Source: Candidatus Hodarchaeota archaeon
Lineage (GTDB): Archaea > Asgardarchaeota > Heimdallarchaeia > Hodarchaeales > Hodarchaeaceae
NCBI GenBank assembly: GCA_016839815.1
Contig: JAEOTM010000060.1
Location: 27,738-91,737, forward strand
Direction: 5' to 3'
DNA: 64,000 nt
How positions within the stretch are numbered: position 1 is the first letter of the stretch; each line of letters begins with the position of its first letter. The notes beneath the pieces were generated by a model. It had not been told where the DNA came from. It searched no databases and was given only the letters and a program-made list of their open reading frames with translations. Shown piece after piece: positions 37,742-48,152 of the stretch. Made by a program: the position numbers and the translations under genes.

Positions 37742-39841
37742 ATGAAATCTAATCCCAAGATCCTATTTTCTGGCGTTTCTGGTCACAAATTTAGTGTGAT
37801 GCGATTATCACCCTTTCATCATTCAGATCGATTCGCGTCATGTTCATTTGATGGAACTGTTCGAATCTGGCATGAAATGAAACAAGAAAGGGTTCTATTT
37901 TTCTTCCCAGAAGCGATTGAAGGTTTAGAAGTAACACCAGATGATAAAAAAATTATTGTTGTTCTTGCAGATTCTTCCAGAGCATTTATACATGAATTAA
38001 GTAAGAATTTAAGACGAGAGATTGGACCAGGAAAGGTATTTCGAAGTCTCTTTGGGACTAGTCCAGATTGTTCGAAAACTGCACTTGTTACTTTCGATGA
38101 CGAATTGTACATATATAATCATAACACACACTCACTAGGAAATCGTGTCTTAGTAGAAAACGTCTCCGGGGATTCCCTGATATGGATAGATAATGACACA
38201 GTAGGGATTCCAAAGCGGAATGGAAGTGTTGCTGTAATTGATTGTCGTGAAAGGGGAATAGCTAATGAGCACCAGATCCATGATGGATTAATTACCTCAA
38301 TATTTCGTGATGGAGAAGATATTATTACGGTGTCAGAAGATGGGACTGGAAAGGTTCACGATCTTAATTTCAAACCCAAATTCGGATTCAAGCTAAATTT
38401 TACTCCCCAAAGTGTTTTCTATAGCTCTAAGGAGAATATCATAATTGTGTCGGGGGATAGGTATTTACTCTTTGTTGATACACCAACAGGCCAACTAAAC
38501 TTAACTTCACAAGATTTATCAGGATGCAATCCCATCATAACGTACAATGGTTCTATTTTTAGAGGGTCTGGAACAAATAACATTTCTCAATTTTCTACAA
38601 ATGGGGATGTTTTAAATATTGTGAGGGGGCGTTTAAAAACGGTAGAAGCCGTTAATTTTCTGGATAATCAGGTATTAGTTTATGGATCAGGTGATAATGC
38701 TGTTCATAAATTGAATTGTACTACAGGAGCCGATGATAGCTTAATTTCACATTCTGAGACGGTCTCATCAATCGTTTATGATCCAAGAACTCAAATCGTT
38801 ATTGCTGGATCCTTTGATGATTCAATTTCTCTCTATCATTTAGCACAAGGAACTGAACTAGAACGTCTCAAAAACGTTCCTCTTGTTACATCATTGGCAT
38901 TATCTCCCTCTGGCTCTATTTTTGCTGCAGGGTGTAGCGGAGATAATAGTATACATGTATTTGACATGAGTGGTAAAAAAATTAACAGCTGGGAGGCTCA
39001 TGAGGATTACATAAGCACACTTTATTTTTTAAATGATGAGGTAATTATATCTGGATCAGATGATGAGTTTGTACGTTTTTGGAATCAATCAGGTAAATTA
39101 ATCAGCTCAATTAACTTATCAGCACAGGTTAAATCTGTATTTACTACCTTAGAGTTTGATTACAATGTTATCGGTCTTGAAAATGGGGAATTAATAATCT
39201 TAGAAAAAACTACAAATCGTAAAATTGGATCATACACTTCAGCAGCTTCAATTCAGTGTATTAAAGTTATAGATTCTTCTCAAGTATTTTTTGCAGCCAA
39301 AGAAGTGCTATATCGAATGGAACTTGATGGTCCGAACATAATTAGCGTAGAAGAAGTTTGTCGTCATACTGAACCAATAAAAGGACTATTCTGGGTTGAG
39401 GAAGAAGGGGCAATTATTTCTATAGATCATAGTATTGAAATAATTAAAACTTCCTTTCTTAGTGATGAAACTCCTTCTGAATCGACTACAATCATGTTTA
39501 CTCCTGGTGAAATGTTGGAAGATGAGTCAACCAAGTTATCCCATGAAATTAAGGCCGAAAAAACCGTATCACCTAATGGGGAGATCCTTATCGAAATTAT
39601 TGAATATTTAAAGGCAGTATCGAATCAATTCAATGATTTAATCCTTCCCAAACTACAGGAATTAGGAGTAGAAGCAAAATCATTTCAGGATGCCTTACAA
39701 ACACTTGAACAAAATGTTAACTTTAAATTATCACAAGTCGATTCAGCAAAGTTAAGAGATTCTGTTATAAGTGAACAAGAGGATGAACTTGAATCTGATT
39801 CGAGCTGGAAAAGTTTTGACTGGGGAAAAAGAAGACATTAA
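37742..39841 (+). CDS. WD40-repeat protein, probable double beta-propeller with helical/acidic tail
   Basis: GH...FASCSFDGTVRIW, HDGLITS...VSEDGTGKVHD, HSETVSS...GSFDDSISLY and HEDYIST...SGSDDEFVRFW repeats spread over about 570 aa. Confidence 0.9.
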   Translation: MKSNPKILFSGVSGHKFSVMRLSPFHHSDRFASCSFDGTVRIWHEMKQERVLFFFPEAIEGLEVTPDDKKIIVVLADSSRAFIHELSKNLRREIGPGKVFRSLFGTSPDCSKTALVTFDDELYIYNHNTHSLGNRVLVENVSGDSLIWIDNDTVGIPKRNGSVAVIDCRERGIANEHQIHDGLITSIFRDGEDIITVSEDGTGKVHDLNFKPKFGFKLNFTPQSVFYSSKENIIIVSGDRYLLFVDTPTGQLNLTSQDLSGCNPIITYNGSIFRGSGTNNISQFSTNGDVLNIVRGRLKTVEAVNFLDNQVLVYGSGDNAVHKLNCTTGADDSLISHSETVSSIVYDPRTQIVIAGSFDDSISLYHLAQGTELERLKNVPLVTSLALSPSGSIFAAGCSGDNSIHVFDMSGKKINSWEAHEDYISTLYFLNDEVIISGSDDEFVRFWNQSGKLISSINLSAQVKSVFTTLEFDYNVIGLENGELIILEKTTNRKIGSYTSAASIQCIKVIDSSQVFFAAKEVLYRMELDGPNIISVEEVCRHTEPIKGLFWVEEEGAIISIDHSIEIIKTSFLSDETPSESTTIMFTPGEMLEDESTKLSHEIKAEKTVSPNGEILIEIIEYLKAVSNQFNDLILPKLQELGVEAKSFQDALQTLEQNVNFKLSQVDSAKLRDSVISEQEDELESDSSWKSFDWGKRRH

Positions 39842-39908
39842 TAAAAATAGATTTGACGAATTAATATAATTCAAAGATCGTTTATAAGCAATCGGAGAGA
39901 AACCTATA

Positions 39909-41072
39909 ATGGATAAACCAGAAAATCTGAACTTAACAGAAGAGGACTCAATAGTTCAGGAAAATGAATTGACATTACAAAAAAAAATTAGGAAACACAT
40001 GCTTACTACTTTGAAGGAGATGTTTAATGGTTTAAGACATCCAGAATTTAATTTTGCAATTTCTGGAATAATTATAACGGCAGTTTTAACGTTAATATCA
40101 TTATTCTTCTTCCTTGGCCCCTATTTATTCACTACTGGGGAAGGAGCTCGTGGTATCGAGCTTTTTTCCTTTAATATCTACCCAAATATTCTGGGAATAT
40201 TTATCAGCTTAGGAATTGCATTCACCGAGCTTTATCTTTGGTTCTTAGTGGGTATTGAAGTTACTCCCAGGGCTGCTCATTATCTGGTAGATAATAGGGT
40301 TTTGAAATTGTTATTTACTAAGGGACAGGTGCATTATCTGGAATTTGTCCCCCAAGAAAAAAGAAAAATTGCTATGCCTCACATCCTGAATAAATATATT
40401 GCTTTAATCATTGCTTGGGTCTCCCTATCAGCATTCCTTCTACAGATCATTGCTGGGGTGTTATTGGAAGGAGATCCTTCAAGGATATTGAATCCTGGAT
40501 CCGATTGGTTGCTTTTCTTTATCCGAACGATTGTCATTTTCTTTTTTGTACCGTTAGTATTCACGTTAATATATCCCATTGGGTGGATGCTTGTTGATGC
40601 CAAATTAAAAGCTTATAACAAGTTTTCAAAATTAAATTGGCTTGTGGGTAAGAAAGTAGTAAATTTAACTGCTGGAATTATCACAGTTGGTTCAATCATT
40701 GCATTAGGAGCCACAGCTTTAGATGATTTCCTCCCCCGTTTGCAGCTAATTTTCGACTTAGTTCTGTTTTGTATAATAAATATCTCATTGACGGTAACAA
40801 TTATTGCGGTCTTTTACAATATTTTCTTTCAAGGTACATTTTACAGACGTATTATTGATTCTATTGATGTTGGTTTTGGTGTAACTTCCGTAACACTTGT
40901 TACTGCGAATGGTGAGCCGATTACGAAAGAAACTGAAGATGTTCAGGTCGAAGTGGAAGCTGAATCAGATTTAGAAGTATTTAGTCCGAGTGATGACTCG
41001 CTAGATGAAGAACCACCAGAAATTATTGAAGATGATATAACTACCAATAGTTTCGATACAGAGGATGGTTGA
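39909..41072 (+). CDS. Uncharacterised membrane protein with about 6 TMs and acidic termini
   Basis: About six hydrophobic segments; P..W.L.D..L..YN......VG motif; D/E-rich tail. Confidence 0.8.
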   Translation: MDKPENLNLTEEDSIVQENELTLQKKIRKHMLTTLKEMFNGLRHPEFNFAISGIIITAVLTLISLFFFLGPYLFTTGEGARGIELFSFNIYPNILGIFISLGIAFTELYLWFLVGIEVTPRAAHYLVDNRVLKLLFTKGQVHYLEFVPQEKRKIAMPHILNKYIALIIAWVSLSAFLLQIIAGVLLEGDPSRILNPGSDWLLFFIRTIVIFFFVPLVFTLIYPIGWMLVDAKLKAYNKFSKLNWLVGKKVVNLTAGIITVGSIIALGATALDDFLPRLQLIFDLVLFCIINISLTVTIIAVFYNIFFQGTFYRRIIDSIDVGFGVTSVTLVTANGEPITKETEDVQVEVEAESDLEVFSPSDDSLDEEPPEIIEDDITTNSFDTEDG

Positions 41073-41097
41073 TCACTCTTAAAATAGGCTGATAAGA

Positions 41098-42576
41098 ATG
41101 GATTTCACTACATTACTAAATGTTTACTGTAGAAAAATAGGAATATGGTTTTTGAGCTTAATTCCGGTTGTTTTATCTATTTCTTTAATGCTTCTAGCAT
41201 TTTCTCAACATCCTGAGGCAGGATTAGATAAAAATCTCGAATTGATTGTGTCAATACTGTACATTGTCTTGATTCTTATCGCCATACCATTTTCTCTAAA
41301 TGGATTTCTAATGGAAAGGGCTTTCAATAACGAAATAAAGCGAATAATTGGAACAGGGCTACTTATACGAGGTGTAGAAGGATTTAGTGATGTTCAAAAT
41401 AAAATTAAGCTATTATACCGTGCCTCCTATTCAATCACGGTCAGCGTAATAATTTCCTATCTTGTATTTACCTCTGCATCCTTAATAACTTCTAGTGAAT
41501 CTCAACCTTATCTTGCAATAATTGCTCGATTTTTCATCTTTGTAGCTAGTATTGGATTACTTGCAATATCGAGTGGTGCATCAATATTGCTACGACTCCC
41601 AAATAAATCAGCTATTCAACCTGGAGGATTGATGAAATATTATTCGCCTCGTAGTTTGACATTAAAGTTAGATAATTTATTAACAGATTCGATAATTCCT
41701 AGATTAGATCCAATTACAAGAATCCAGATGGATGAATGGTCCAATACAATTACTGAAATGATGAATCCTGAATTCAGGGCAGAAGAGAATAACCAAATTC
41801 GACTCGAACAGGCAAGAGAAAAAATACTCCTCTTAGTGTATCTCAAGGTATATCTTCCAGAAATTGTCACAGAAGATATCTTCAATACTGAATTAAGAGA
41901 AATCATAAAGAAAAACGATTTAAACGACTTTTTAACTGGAAAAAAGTCCAAAATTTCTTTAAAAGTACTTAGAACAATTATTCGGGATGTAAGAAGAGAA
42001 ATCCCAGAAGTTTTCGAACTTGTTCAAAGGATTTTTGTACTAGTGACCGAAAACATCCATCTTCTTCGGGAAAATGACAATTTTATAACTATCGTTCACC
42101 CTAGCAGTCATGTTGGGAATATTGATCCGTTTAGAGTAACAGCTTTTATTCTCAATCTCCAAGGAAGTAAGAAACTAATCAAATTACGTGTTCAAACTTC
42201 AATGAGCAGTTTAGATCCTGATGATGCATCACAAACGCTTATGCTTGATGCTGGTTCAATTAAACTTCCCCTAGTAGGACAAAAACTAATGATTTCTTCT
42301 TCAACGGACTCAATAGATGTATTAAGGCTCGTTAGTAGCATTCTACAAGTTGGAGATGCGATGAACTTACAATTCCGACCAAATCGATTTGGAACTCATG
42401 TGTTGAACGTATCTGTTGAAGATGAAAGAGGGATAATCTCTGGACGTTCCATTGTAGTTTCAGTTTATAGAGATCCAATGTTTTACCTAAAAACAATGGG
42501 CGCAAAAGCATTAGGATATATTGGAGCAGCTATTTCGTTTATTGGAATCGGCTTAGGAGCCTTATTTGGAATTTAA
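41098..42576 (+). CDS. Uncharacterised membrane protein: 4 TMs + helical domain + Ig-like beta-sandwich + C-terminal TM
   Basis: Hydropathy pattern; alternating beta-strand pattern at 42082-42477 (FRVTAFILN...LQFRP..FGTHVLNVSV...IVVSV). Confidence 0.78.
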   Translation: MDFTTLLNVYCRKIGIWFLSLIPVVLSISLMLLAFSQHPEAGLDKNLELIVSILYIVLILIAIPFSLNGFLMERAFNNEIKRIIGTGLLIRGVEGFSDVQNKIKLLYRASYSITVSVIISYLVFTSASLITSSESQPYLAIIARFFIFVASIGLLAISSGASILLRLPNKSAIQPGGLMKYYSPRSLTLKLDNLLTDSIIPRLDPITRIQMDEWSNTITEMMNPEFRAEENNQIRLEQAREKILLLVYLKVYLPEIVTEDIFNTELREIIKKNDLNDFLTGKKSKISLKVLRTIIRDVRREIPEVFELVQRIFVLVTENIHLLRENDNFITIVHPSSHVGNIDPFRVTAFILNLQGSKKLIKLRVQTSMSSLDPDDASQTLMLDAGSIKLPLVGQKLMISSSTDSIDVLRLVSSILQVGDAMNLQFRPNRFGTHVLNVSVEDERGIISGRSIVVSVYRDPMFYLKTMGAKALGYIGAAISFIGIGLGALFGI

Positions 42577-42599
42577 GAAATCGGTTCAAGGTTCAGAGA

Positions 42600-43901
42600 A
42601 TGTTTAGTGATTTCATAAAACGGAATTCTCTTTCCTCTTTGATATTTTTATTTAGTCTGATTCTACTTAATGGTATCGGTGTAACACTACCAATTCCTAA
42701 TCTAAAAATCATAGGTGATCAATATAATTTTTCTTTAATTGGGTTAGTAGAATCCGTTTTCATTGTTTTTTCAATGATTGCGTTAGTCGTTTGGGGGTAT
42801 TTAGTTGACAAGTACGATCGACGACAATTATTGCTGGTTGCTAATATCATCTGGTTAATCCCTGCAGTAATTATCTTTTTTCTTTCAGATTTTTTAATTA
42901 TATATATTCTAGGACGATTGATAATGGCTATGGGATTAGCAGCGTTTTCACCACTTTCTTATTCAATAATTGCTGATTTTGCAGAGTATAAAGATCGTGG
43001 AATAATTTCAGCTGGATTAAATCTTGCATGGGTGGGTTCTAGTGCAATTGGAATTATATTAGGAGCACTTTTCACCTCTAATTGGTATTATTCGTTCGGG
43101 GTTTTAGCGTTCATGGGTTTATTCATCTTTTGCTGGCAATTCTTAGTTAAAATTCCCATTCGTGGAATAAAAGAGCCTGCTTTATCCGAAATCGAAGATT
43201 TACAGTATCCTTGGCGGATAGAAATCAATTTACTCCCCAAAGCTTTTAAAAGAAAAAGTCTATTTTGGTTATTAGCTCAGGGAATGTTTGCACTAATACC
43301 AGGCACAGTTTTTACTTATTGGCTAGTTAGCTTCTTAGCATCTTCAGAAGGACTGGCAATAACAATCGGATTAGCTAGTATTGTCTCCATTAGTGTTGCA
43401 AGTGGACGAGTACCAGGATATTTATTTTTCGGGAAACTAGGAGACTATTTAACATCTAAGCATACAGATTCGAGTGTTAGAGCTAGAATCGCAGGCTTGG
43501 GAATGTTAATTCAATCATTTTTCTTTTTTGGAGCTTTTTTAATGTTGGGTACTTCTAGATCAAACGTTATAGTCTTTGCAGTTTTATTCTGGTTTGGAAG
43601 TTTTATTGGAGCTGCATCTGGTCCAAATCGAACCTCTTTACTCTTTAATATTTCGTTACCCGAAGTTCGTGGGACTTTAGGATCGCTATATTCTCTTACT
43701 GATCATTTAGGTGCAGCTCTCGGAGTGTTTGTATCTACATTCTTCCTACAATTCCTGAATTATTATTCAGTTTTTAATTTCTGCCTATTATTCTATTTAA
43801 TAGCCTCTTTTTGCTGGTATAAGAGTATTTGTCATATTTCGACCGATGAAACTTCTATTAATGAGATTCTAAGGCTCAGAATAAGTGAATTGACAGAATA
43901 G
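42600..43901 (+). CDS. MFS transporter
   Basis: WGYLVDKYDRR motif A, GKLGD repeat, PEVRGT; about 12 TMs. Confidence 0.92.
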   Translation: MFSDFIKRNSLSSLIFLFSLILLNGIGVTLPIPNLKIIGDQYNFSLIGLVESVFIVFSMIALVVWGYLVDKYDRRQLLLVANIIWLIPAVIIFFLSDFLIIYILGRLIMAMGLAAFSPLSYSIIADFAEYKDRGIISAGLNLAWVGSSAIGIILGALFTSNWYYSFGVLAFMGLFIFCWQFLVKIPIRGIKEPALSEIEDLQYPWRIEINLLPKAFKRKSLFWLLAQGMFALIPGTVFTYWLVSFLASSEGLAITIGLASIVSISVASGRVPGYLFFGKLGDYLTSKHTDSSVRARIAGLGMLIQSFFFFGAFLMLGTSRSNVIVFAVLFWFGSFIGAASGPNRTSLLFNISLPEVRGTLGSLYSLTDHLGAALGVFVSTFFLQFLNYYSVFNFCLLFYLIASFCWYKSICHISTDETSINEILRLRISELTE

Positions 43902-44068
43902 TCTGAGATTCAGAAAGATCAGGTGAAATTGTAGATTTTATTCATGTTAGTTTCATGCGATTTTCCATACCTCAGTATGCTAAAACAACTTCTGTCATCC
44001 AAAAGTTTTTACCACTTATCTAGCTTAGATATTGTTTGAGCAAAATAATGATAACTGGTTGATAAAAT

Positions 44069-45844
44069 ATGCCAAAAAACTTGTATATACGTTCATTAGG
44101 AGTAATGACATTCCTTTGGGGACTAGTATTTGTAGTAGGAATGGTTTTGATACAAATAATCTCACTTGCTATGCCTGGAGTTATACCTCCTGGATCGGCG
44201 TACCTAGCAATTGTAATCCCAGTTTTATTTGCCTTTTTAATAGTAGCATTACAATTTATGATATCTCCATGGCTCATGGATTTTATAATTGGCTGGGTTT
44301 ATGATGCAACAAAATACCAAGTTGATGAGTTACCTCCACACATTAGAACTTTTCTTCATCAACAAATGGAGTTACACAACTTCTCTCTTAAATGGGTGGC
44401 AATTATCCATGATAATAATCCTAATGCATTCACATATGGTCATACTAAAAAACGTGCTCGTATGGCAATAACCGAAGGTATTCTGAATTACTTGACTGAG
44501 GAAGAACAGCTAGCCGTTGTGGCACATGAGGCTGGACATATCGTCCACCGTGATTTTATCTGGATGACTGTTGCTGCTGCAATTCCATTAGTACTTTATT
44601 CCTTTTATCAAGGATTATGGACCTATGCCCGAATTACATCTAGAGGTAGTAGCAGTGAAGGCGCAGAAAAGGTCGGTGCTGCGGCAGGAGCAGCTGCTAT
44701 TGGAGCATTTATTGCATATTGGATTTCTCAGTATATTGTATTATTTTTATCACGAGTACGTGAATATTATGCAGATAGTTTTTCAGCAGAAGCCACTGGT
44801 CAACCGGGTGCTCTTTCTCGTGCTTTAGTAAAAATCGCTTATGGGATGGTTAAAGAAGATTCCATCAATGCGGAAAAGCTGAGTGATGAAAATGCCTCTC
44901 CAGCAGTTCGAAGACAAGCCTCAAGAAAATCAGCATTTACTACAGGTATGCGTTCGTTGGGTGTCTTTGATGTTGCTAGTGCGAAAAATCTTGCGCTTTC
45001 ATCTTATGGTCGAGGTATGAGCTTAGATAACGAAAGTGTGGCTAAGGCAGCCCAATGGGATCTTTCTAATCCTTGGGGACGCTTTTTAGAGCTCTCATCG
45101 ACTCACCCATTACCCGCTAAAAGAATCTTAGCTTTAAATGCAATGCAGGAAGATCGTGGAATACAACCAGAATTTCCAGAAATGGGCAAAATCAAGCTCC
45201 CTGAAAGTTTATGGGATGAATTTTTGATAGATTTAGTACTTTCATACCTCGCTCCTCTTCTGTTCATTATTCTACCTATTCTATTTGCTATCTTCGCGCC
45301 TGCTGCAGGTCTTAATATAAATATTGGAATAGGATCAGGGCTCTTACTAGCTGCATTAATCTGGAAGCTTCGCCGTCGTGAGAAATATCCCAAGTTAAGA
45401 CTTTCAGATCCTGTAGTGACAGTAACCCATTGTTTAACAGATCATACAAAGAATAGTTATTATGAAGCATCTCCACTTCGAGGTAAAGGGGCTGTTTTTG
45501 AGGGTACAGTTGTTGGTAGAGGTGTACCCGGTTATTTCCTAAGTGAGGATCTAGTAATTCAGGATGAAACTGGAATAATAACTCTTGATTATAGTCCAAT
45601 CCTTGGATTTATGTCTTGGTTTTTTGCCTTATTCCGTGCTCCAAGTCTTCGTGGAATGAAAGTTAGAGCATATGGATGGTATCACCGTGTTCCTTCGCCC
45701 ATTTTACAGGTATGGAAAATAGAAACTGAAGAGGGTAAAACTTTCCATAACCGTTGGTCAGGAGCAAATTGGGTATTTATGTGGATAATGATAATTATCG
45801 GGATTGCCTTCCTAGCTACAGGCATAACATCATTAAACGCATAA
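44069..45844 (+). CDS. htpX: HtpX-like M48 zinc metalloprotease, long form
   Basis: PNAFTYG, HEAGH, LSRVREYYAD and STHP...KR motifs; extra C-terminal TMs and an OB-like domain. Confidence 0.9.
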   Translation: MPKNLYIRSLGVMTFLWGLVFVVGMVLIQIISLAMPGVIPPGSAYLAIVIPVLFAFLIVALQFMISPWLMDFIIGWVYDATKYQVDELPPHIRTFLHQQMELHNFSLKWVAIIHDNNPNAFTYGHTKKRARMAITEGILNYLTEEEQLAVVAHEAGHIVHRDFIWMTVAAAIPLVLYSFYQGLWTYARITSRGSSSEGAEKVGAAAGAAAIGAFIAYWISQYIVLFLSRVREYYADSFSAEATGQPGALSRALVKIAYGMVKEDSINAEKLSDENASPAVRRQASRKSAFTTGMRSLGVFDVASAKNLALSSYGRGMSLDNESVAKAAQWDLSNPWGRFLELSSTHPLPAKRILALNAMQEDRGIQPEFPEMGKIKLPESLWDEFLIDLVLSYLAPLLFIILPILFAIFAPAAGLNINIGIGSGLLLAALIWKLRRREKYPKLRLSDPVVTVTHCLTDHTKNSYYEASPLRGKGAVFEGTVVGRGVPGYFLSEDLVIQDETGIITLDYSPILGFMSWFFALFRAPSLRGMKVRAYGWYHRVPSPILQVWKIETEEGKTFHNRWSGANWVFMWIMIIIGIAFLATGITSLNA

Positions 45845-45846
45845 AA

Positions 45847-45868
45847 TCCTTCTTCCTCCCTTTTTTTT
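45847..45868 (+). terminator. Pyrimidine/T-tract terminator
   Basis: TCCTTCTTCCTCCCTTTTTTTT just after the htpX stop codon. Confidence 0.5.
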
Positions 45869-45879
45869 ATAAGAAATCC

Positions 45880-46710
45880 TCAAAGTAGTCCGATAATCTT
45901 ACGATAATTTTTTTGATCAGTGAGTTGCTGAAGACTGAAGGTCTTCCAGAGTATTCCTGACCTCCCCGAATCAAGTTTTAGTAGCATATTCTGTCCACGT
46001 GGTTCTAGATTGGTAAACTTCTGGGAAGGGTCAGCTATACAAGAAGCACCTGTACTCCAGTAGGGATCTGAAAGTACTGATCTTGCGATATCACTCACAA
46101 TTACTGCCATTGCGCCTTCTTTTGCCCTGATAAAAGCGAGATTATGCCAGATATGCTGTCCGTAATTTGTGTATGATTCTTCTGGAACCACTGTCAATGC
46201 TGGTACAAATAGGATATCAATCTCTTCAGAAATTAATTCCTGGACTAACTTTACCTTCCAAAGATCGTTACAGATTCGAATTCCTGCTTTAAAATTTCCC
46301 ATTCTCCAAGCAAATAGAGACTTCCCAGGAGTTATGTTCTGAGTTTGTTCATACCCAAACAGACGTTGTTTATCATATTCACCAATAATCGTTCCATTTT
46401 GGTTGAAGATGAATGATCGGTTATAGTTTTTGTTTCCTTCTTGTACAATTTGGCTACCTCCAACTACCCAAGTTGAATATTCTATTGCTACATCTTTCAA
46501 AAATTCTTTTGAATCGAGAAGGTTAGATTTGGACGAGCTTCCAATCCGCAATCCGTTCCAGTATTCAGGAAAGCATATAACATCAGTTTGCTTCATTAGT
46601 TTCTTTTCTTTTTGAAATAATGACTCGTATTGCCTGAGGTTTTCTTCTAAATCATGGAGTGTTAACATGGGTTGTAAAGTAGCAACACTTAGCTCTTCTG
46701 CTAAGTTCAT
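45880..46710 (-). CDS. Carbon-nitrogen hydrolase (nitrilase superfamily)
   Basis: FPE, Y.K..LF and ICND give the Glu-Lys-Cys triad. Confidence 0.9.
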   Translation of the reverse strand: MNLAEELSVATLQPMLTLHDLEENLRQYESLFQKEKKLMKQTDVICFPEYWNGLRIGSSSKSNLLDSKEFLKDVAIEYSTWVVGGSQIVQEGNKNYNRSFIFNQNGTIIGEYDKQRLFGYEQTQNITPGKSLFAWRMGNFKAGIRICNDLWKVKLVQELISEEIDILFVPALTVVPEESYTNYGQHIWHNLAFIRAKEGAMAVIVSDIARSVLSDPYWSTGASCIADPSQKFTNLEPRGQNMLLKLDSGRSGILWKTFSLQQLTDQKNYRKIIGLL

Positions 46711-47894
46711 GACTCATTCGTCCGATTCAAAACCAGTTCCGCGATATCTATTGATTTAATCTTGGATTTTCCTGATTTTAGATTTTCATCAATATTCAAC
46801 AGACATGATGGACAGGCATTAACGCATAGATCAACTTCCAGCTCTTTCATCTGTGAAATTAAACGATCTGCAATTTCATTTGCAATTTCAGGATGGTTTG
46901 CTTTTATTAATCCTCCAGAACCGCAGCATAGAGCTTTATCCTTATGATTAGCCATCTCTTGATTGTCAACACCTGGTAAAACGGAAAGGAGATCACGAGC
47001 TACGTCGTATACTCCACAATGTCTCCCTAATTCACATGGATCTTTGTATGTAACTTTGAGTGGAGATTTATTCATAAGAAAAATCTTCTTATCCTTAATT
47101 AGATTATTTAAATATTCCATGTGAGAGATGACTCTGAAAGGAAGTTCTTTTTCTAGCAATAGAGGATATTCCTTAGTAAAGACTCGATAACATCCAGCAC
47201 ATGCAATAATTAAATTCTTAATTCCTAATTTTTGAATTTCTGAAACATTATGACTAGCAAATTCTTTAGCTTTTGCTTTCTGCCCTCCTAATAAGTAGGG
47301 GTTTCCACAGCAGTATTCTGAGGGGGAAAAAATACTAATTTTTTCTTTTGCTTCTTTTGCTAGCTTTAATACAGCAACTGGACCCTGTCCTGCTCTTCCA
47401 GAGTAGGAGTACACACATCCTAGGAAAAAGCCAGTCTCATGTTGAAGGTTGACCCATTCATTATACTGGTCTTCAATTTCATAACTCCAACTATCTCTAT
47501 CCACCTGATCTAGCCCATAAAGATTATGTTCCTTTTCTAAGTTTTCAAAGACTCGCTTTGTAGTCTTTGGTAGTCTATCTTGAACTAAAGTTTTCAATTC
47601 GGAATAAACCTTTGTCAGGGGAATATCTACAATACAATTCTCTTGACATGCCCCACAGAATGTGCAAAGGAATAATCCATCTCGAAGGGCGTCTAATCCC
47701 TCTTCATGATTAATTAAACCCTGTGAGAGATTTCGAGCAGTTATTATCTTTCCTCTTCCCGTAACAATTTCGTGGAGCACAGAGTGATAAGTTGGACAAG
47801 ATGCTTCGTTATTTACACAATATGCACAATAGGCACAAATAAACAACTCATCGTAATAATGTAAACTTTTTAGGTTCACTTTTGTAGAATCCAT
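46707..47894 (-). CDS. HdrD/GlpC-like Fe-S oxidoreductase (4Fe-4S plus two CCG domains)
   Basis: CAYCAYC...CP, CTFCGACQENC, CCG, ACAGC, DPC.LGR, CCG.GG and CPSC motifs. Confidence 0.92.
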   Translation of the reverse strand: MDSTKVNLKSLHYYDELFICAYCAYCVNNEASCPTYHSVLHEIVTGRGKIITARNLSQGLINHEEGLDALRDGLFLCTFCGACQENCIVDIPLTKVYSELKTLVQDRLPKTTKRVFENLEKEHNLYGLDQVDRDSWSYEIEDQYNEWVNLQHETGFFLGCVYSYSGRAGQGPVAVLKLAKEAKEKISIFSPSEYCCGNPYLLGGQKAKAKEFASHNVSEIQKLGIKNLIIACAGCYRVFTKEYPLLLEKELPFRVISHMEYLNNLIKDKKIFLMNKSPLKVTYKDPCELGRHCGVYDVARDLLSVLPGVDNQEMANHKDKALCCGSGGLIKANHPEIANEIADRLISQMKELEVDLCVNACPSCLLNIDENLKSGKSKIKSIDIAELVLNRTNES

Positions 47895-48152
47895 TTCAGA
47901 AGAAGTCTCTTTATTATATTGAGATTGGATCGATATAGTTCAGATATTCTTTTCCTGATACCCCTATTTTAAGGTGTCGTAAAGAGTCTCGTTATTTTTA
48001 CTGTCATCCTAATGGTCTAATTTAAGTAAGTCTTTCAAGTGGTAGTGAAAAATCTAATCGTATCCAAGCATTCTAGTAAGATAACCAAGAAAAGATTTAG
48101 AAAAACGGCTGCACTGAATGTATTTTGAATATCTAAGTGAAAAAATCCAGTA

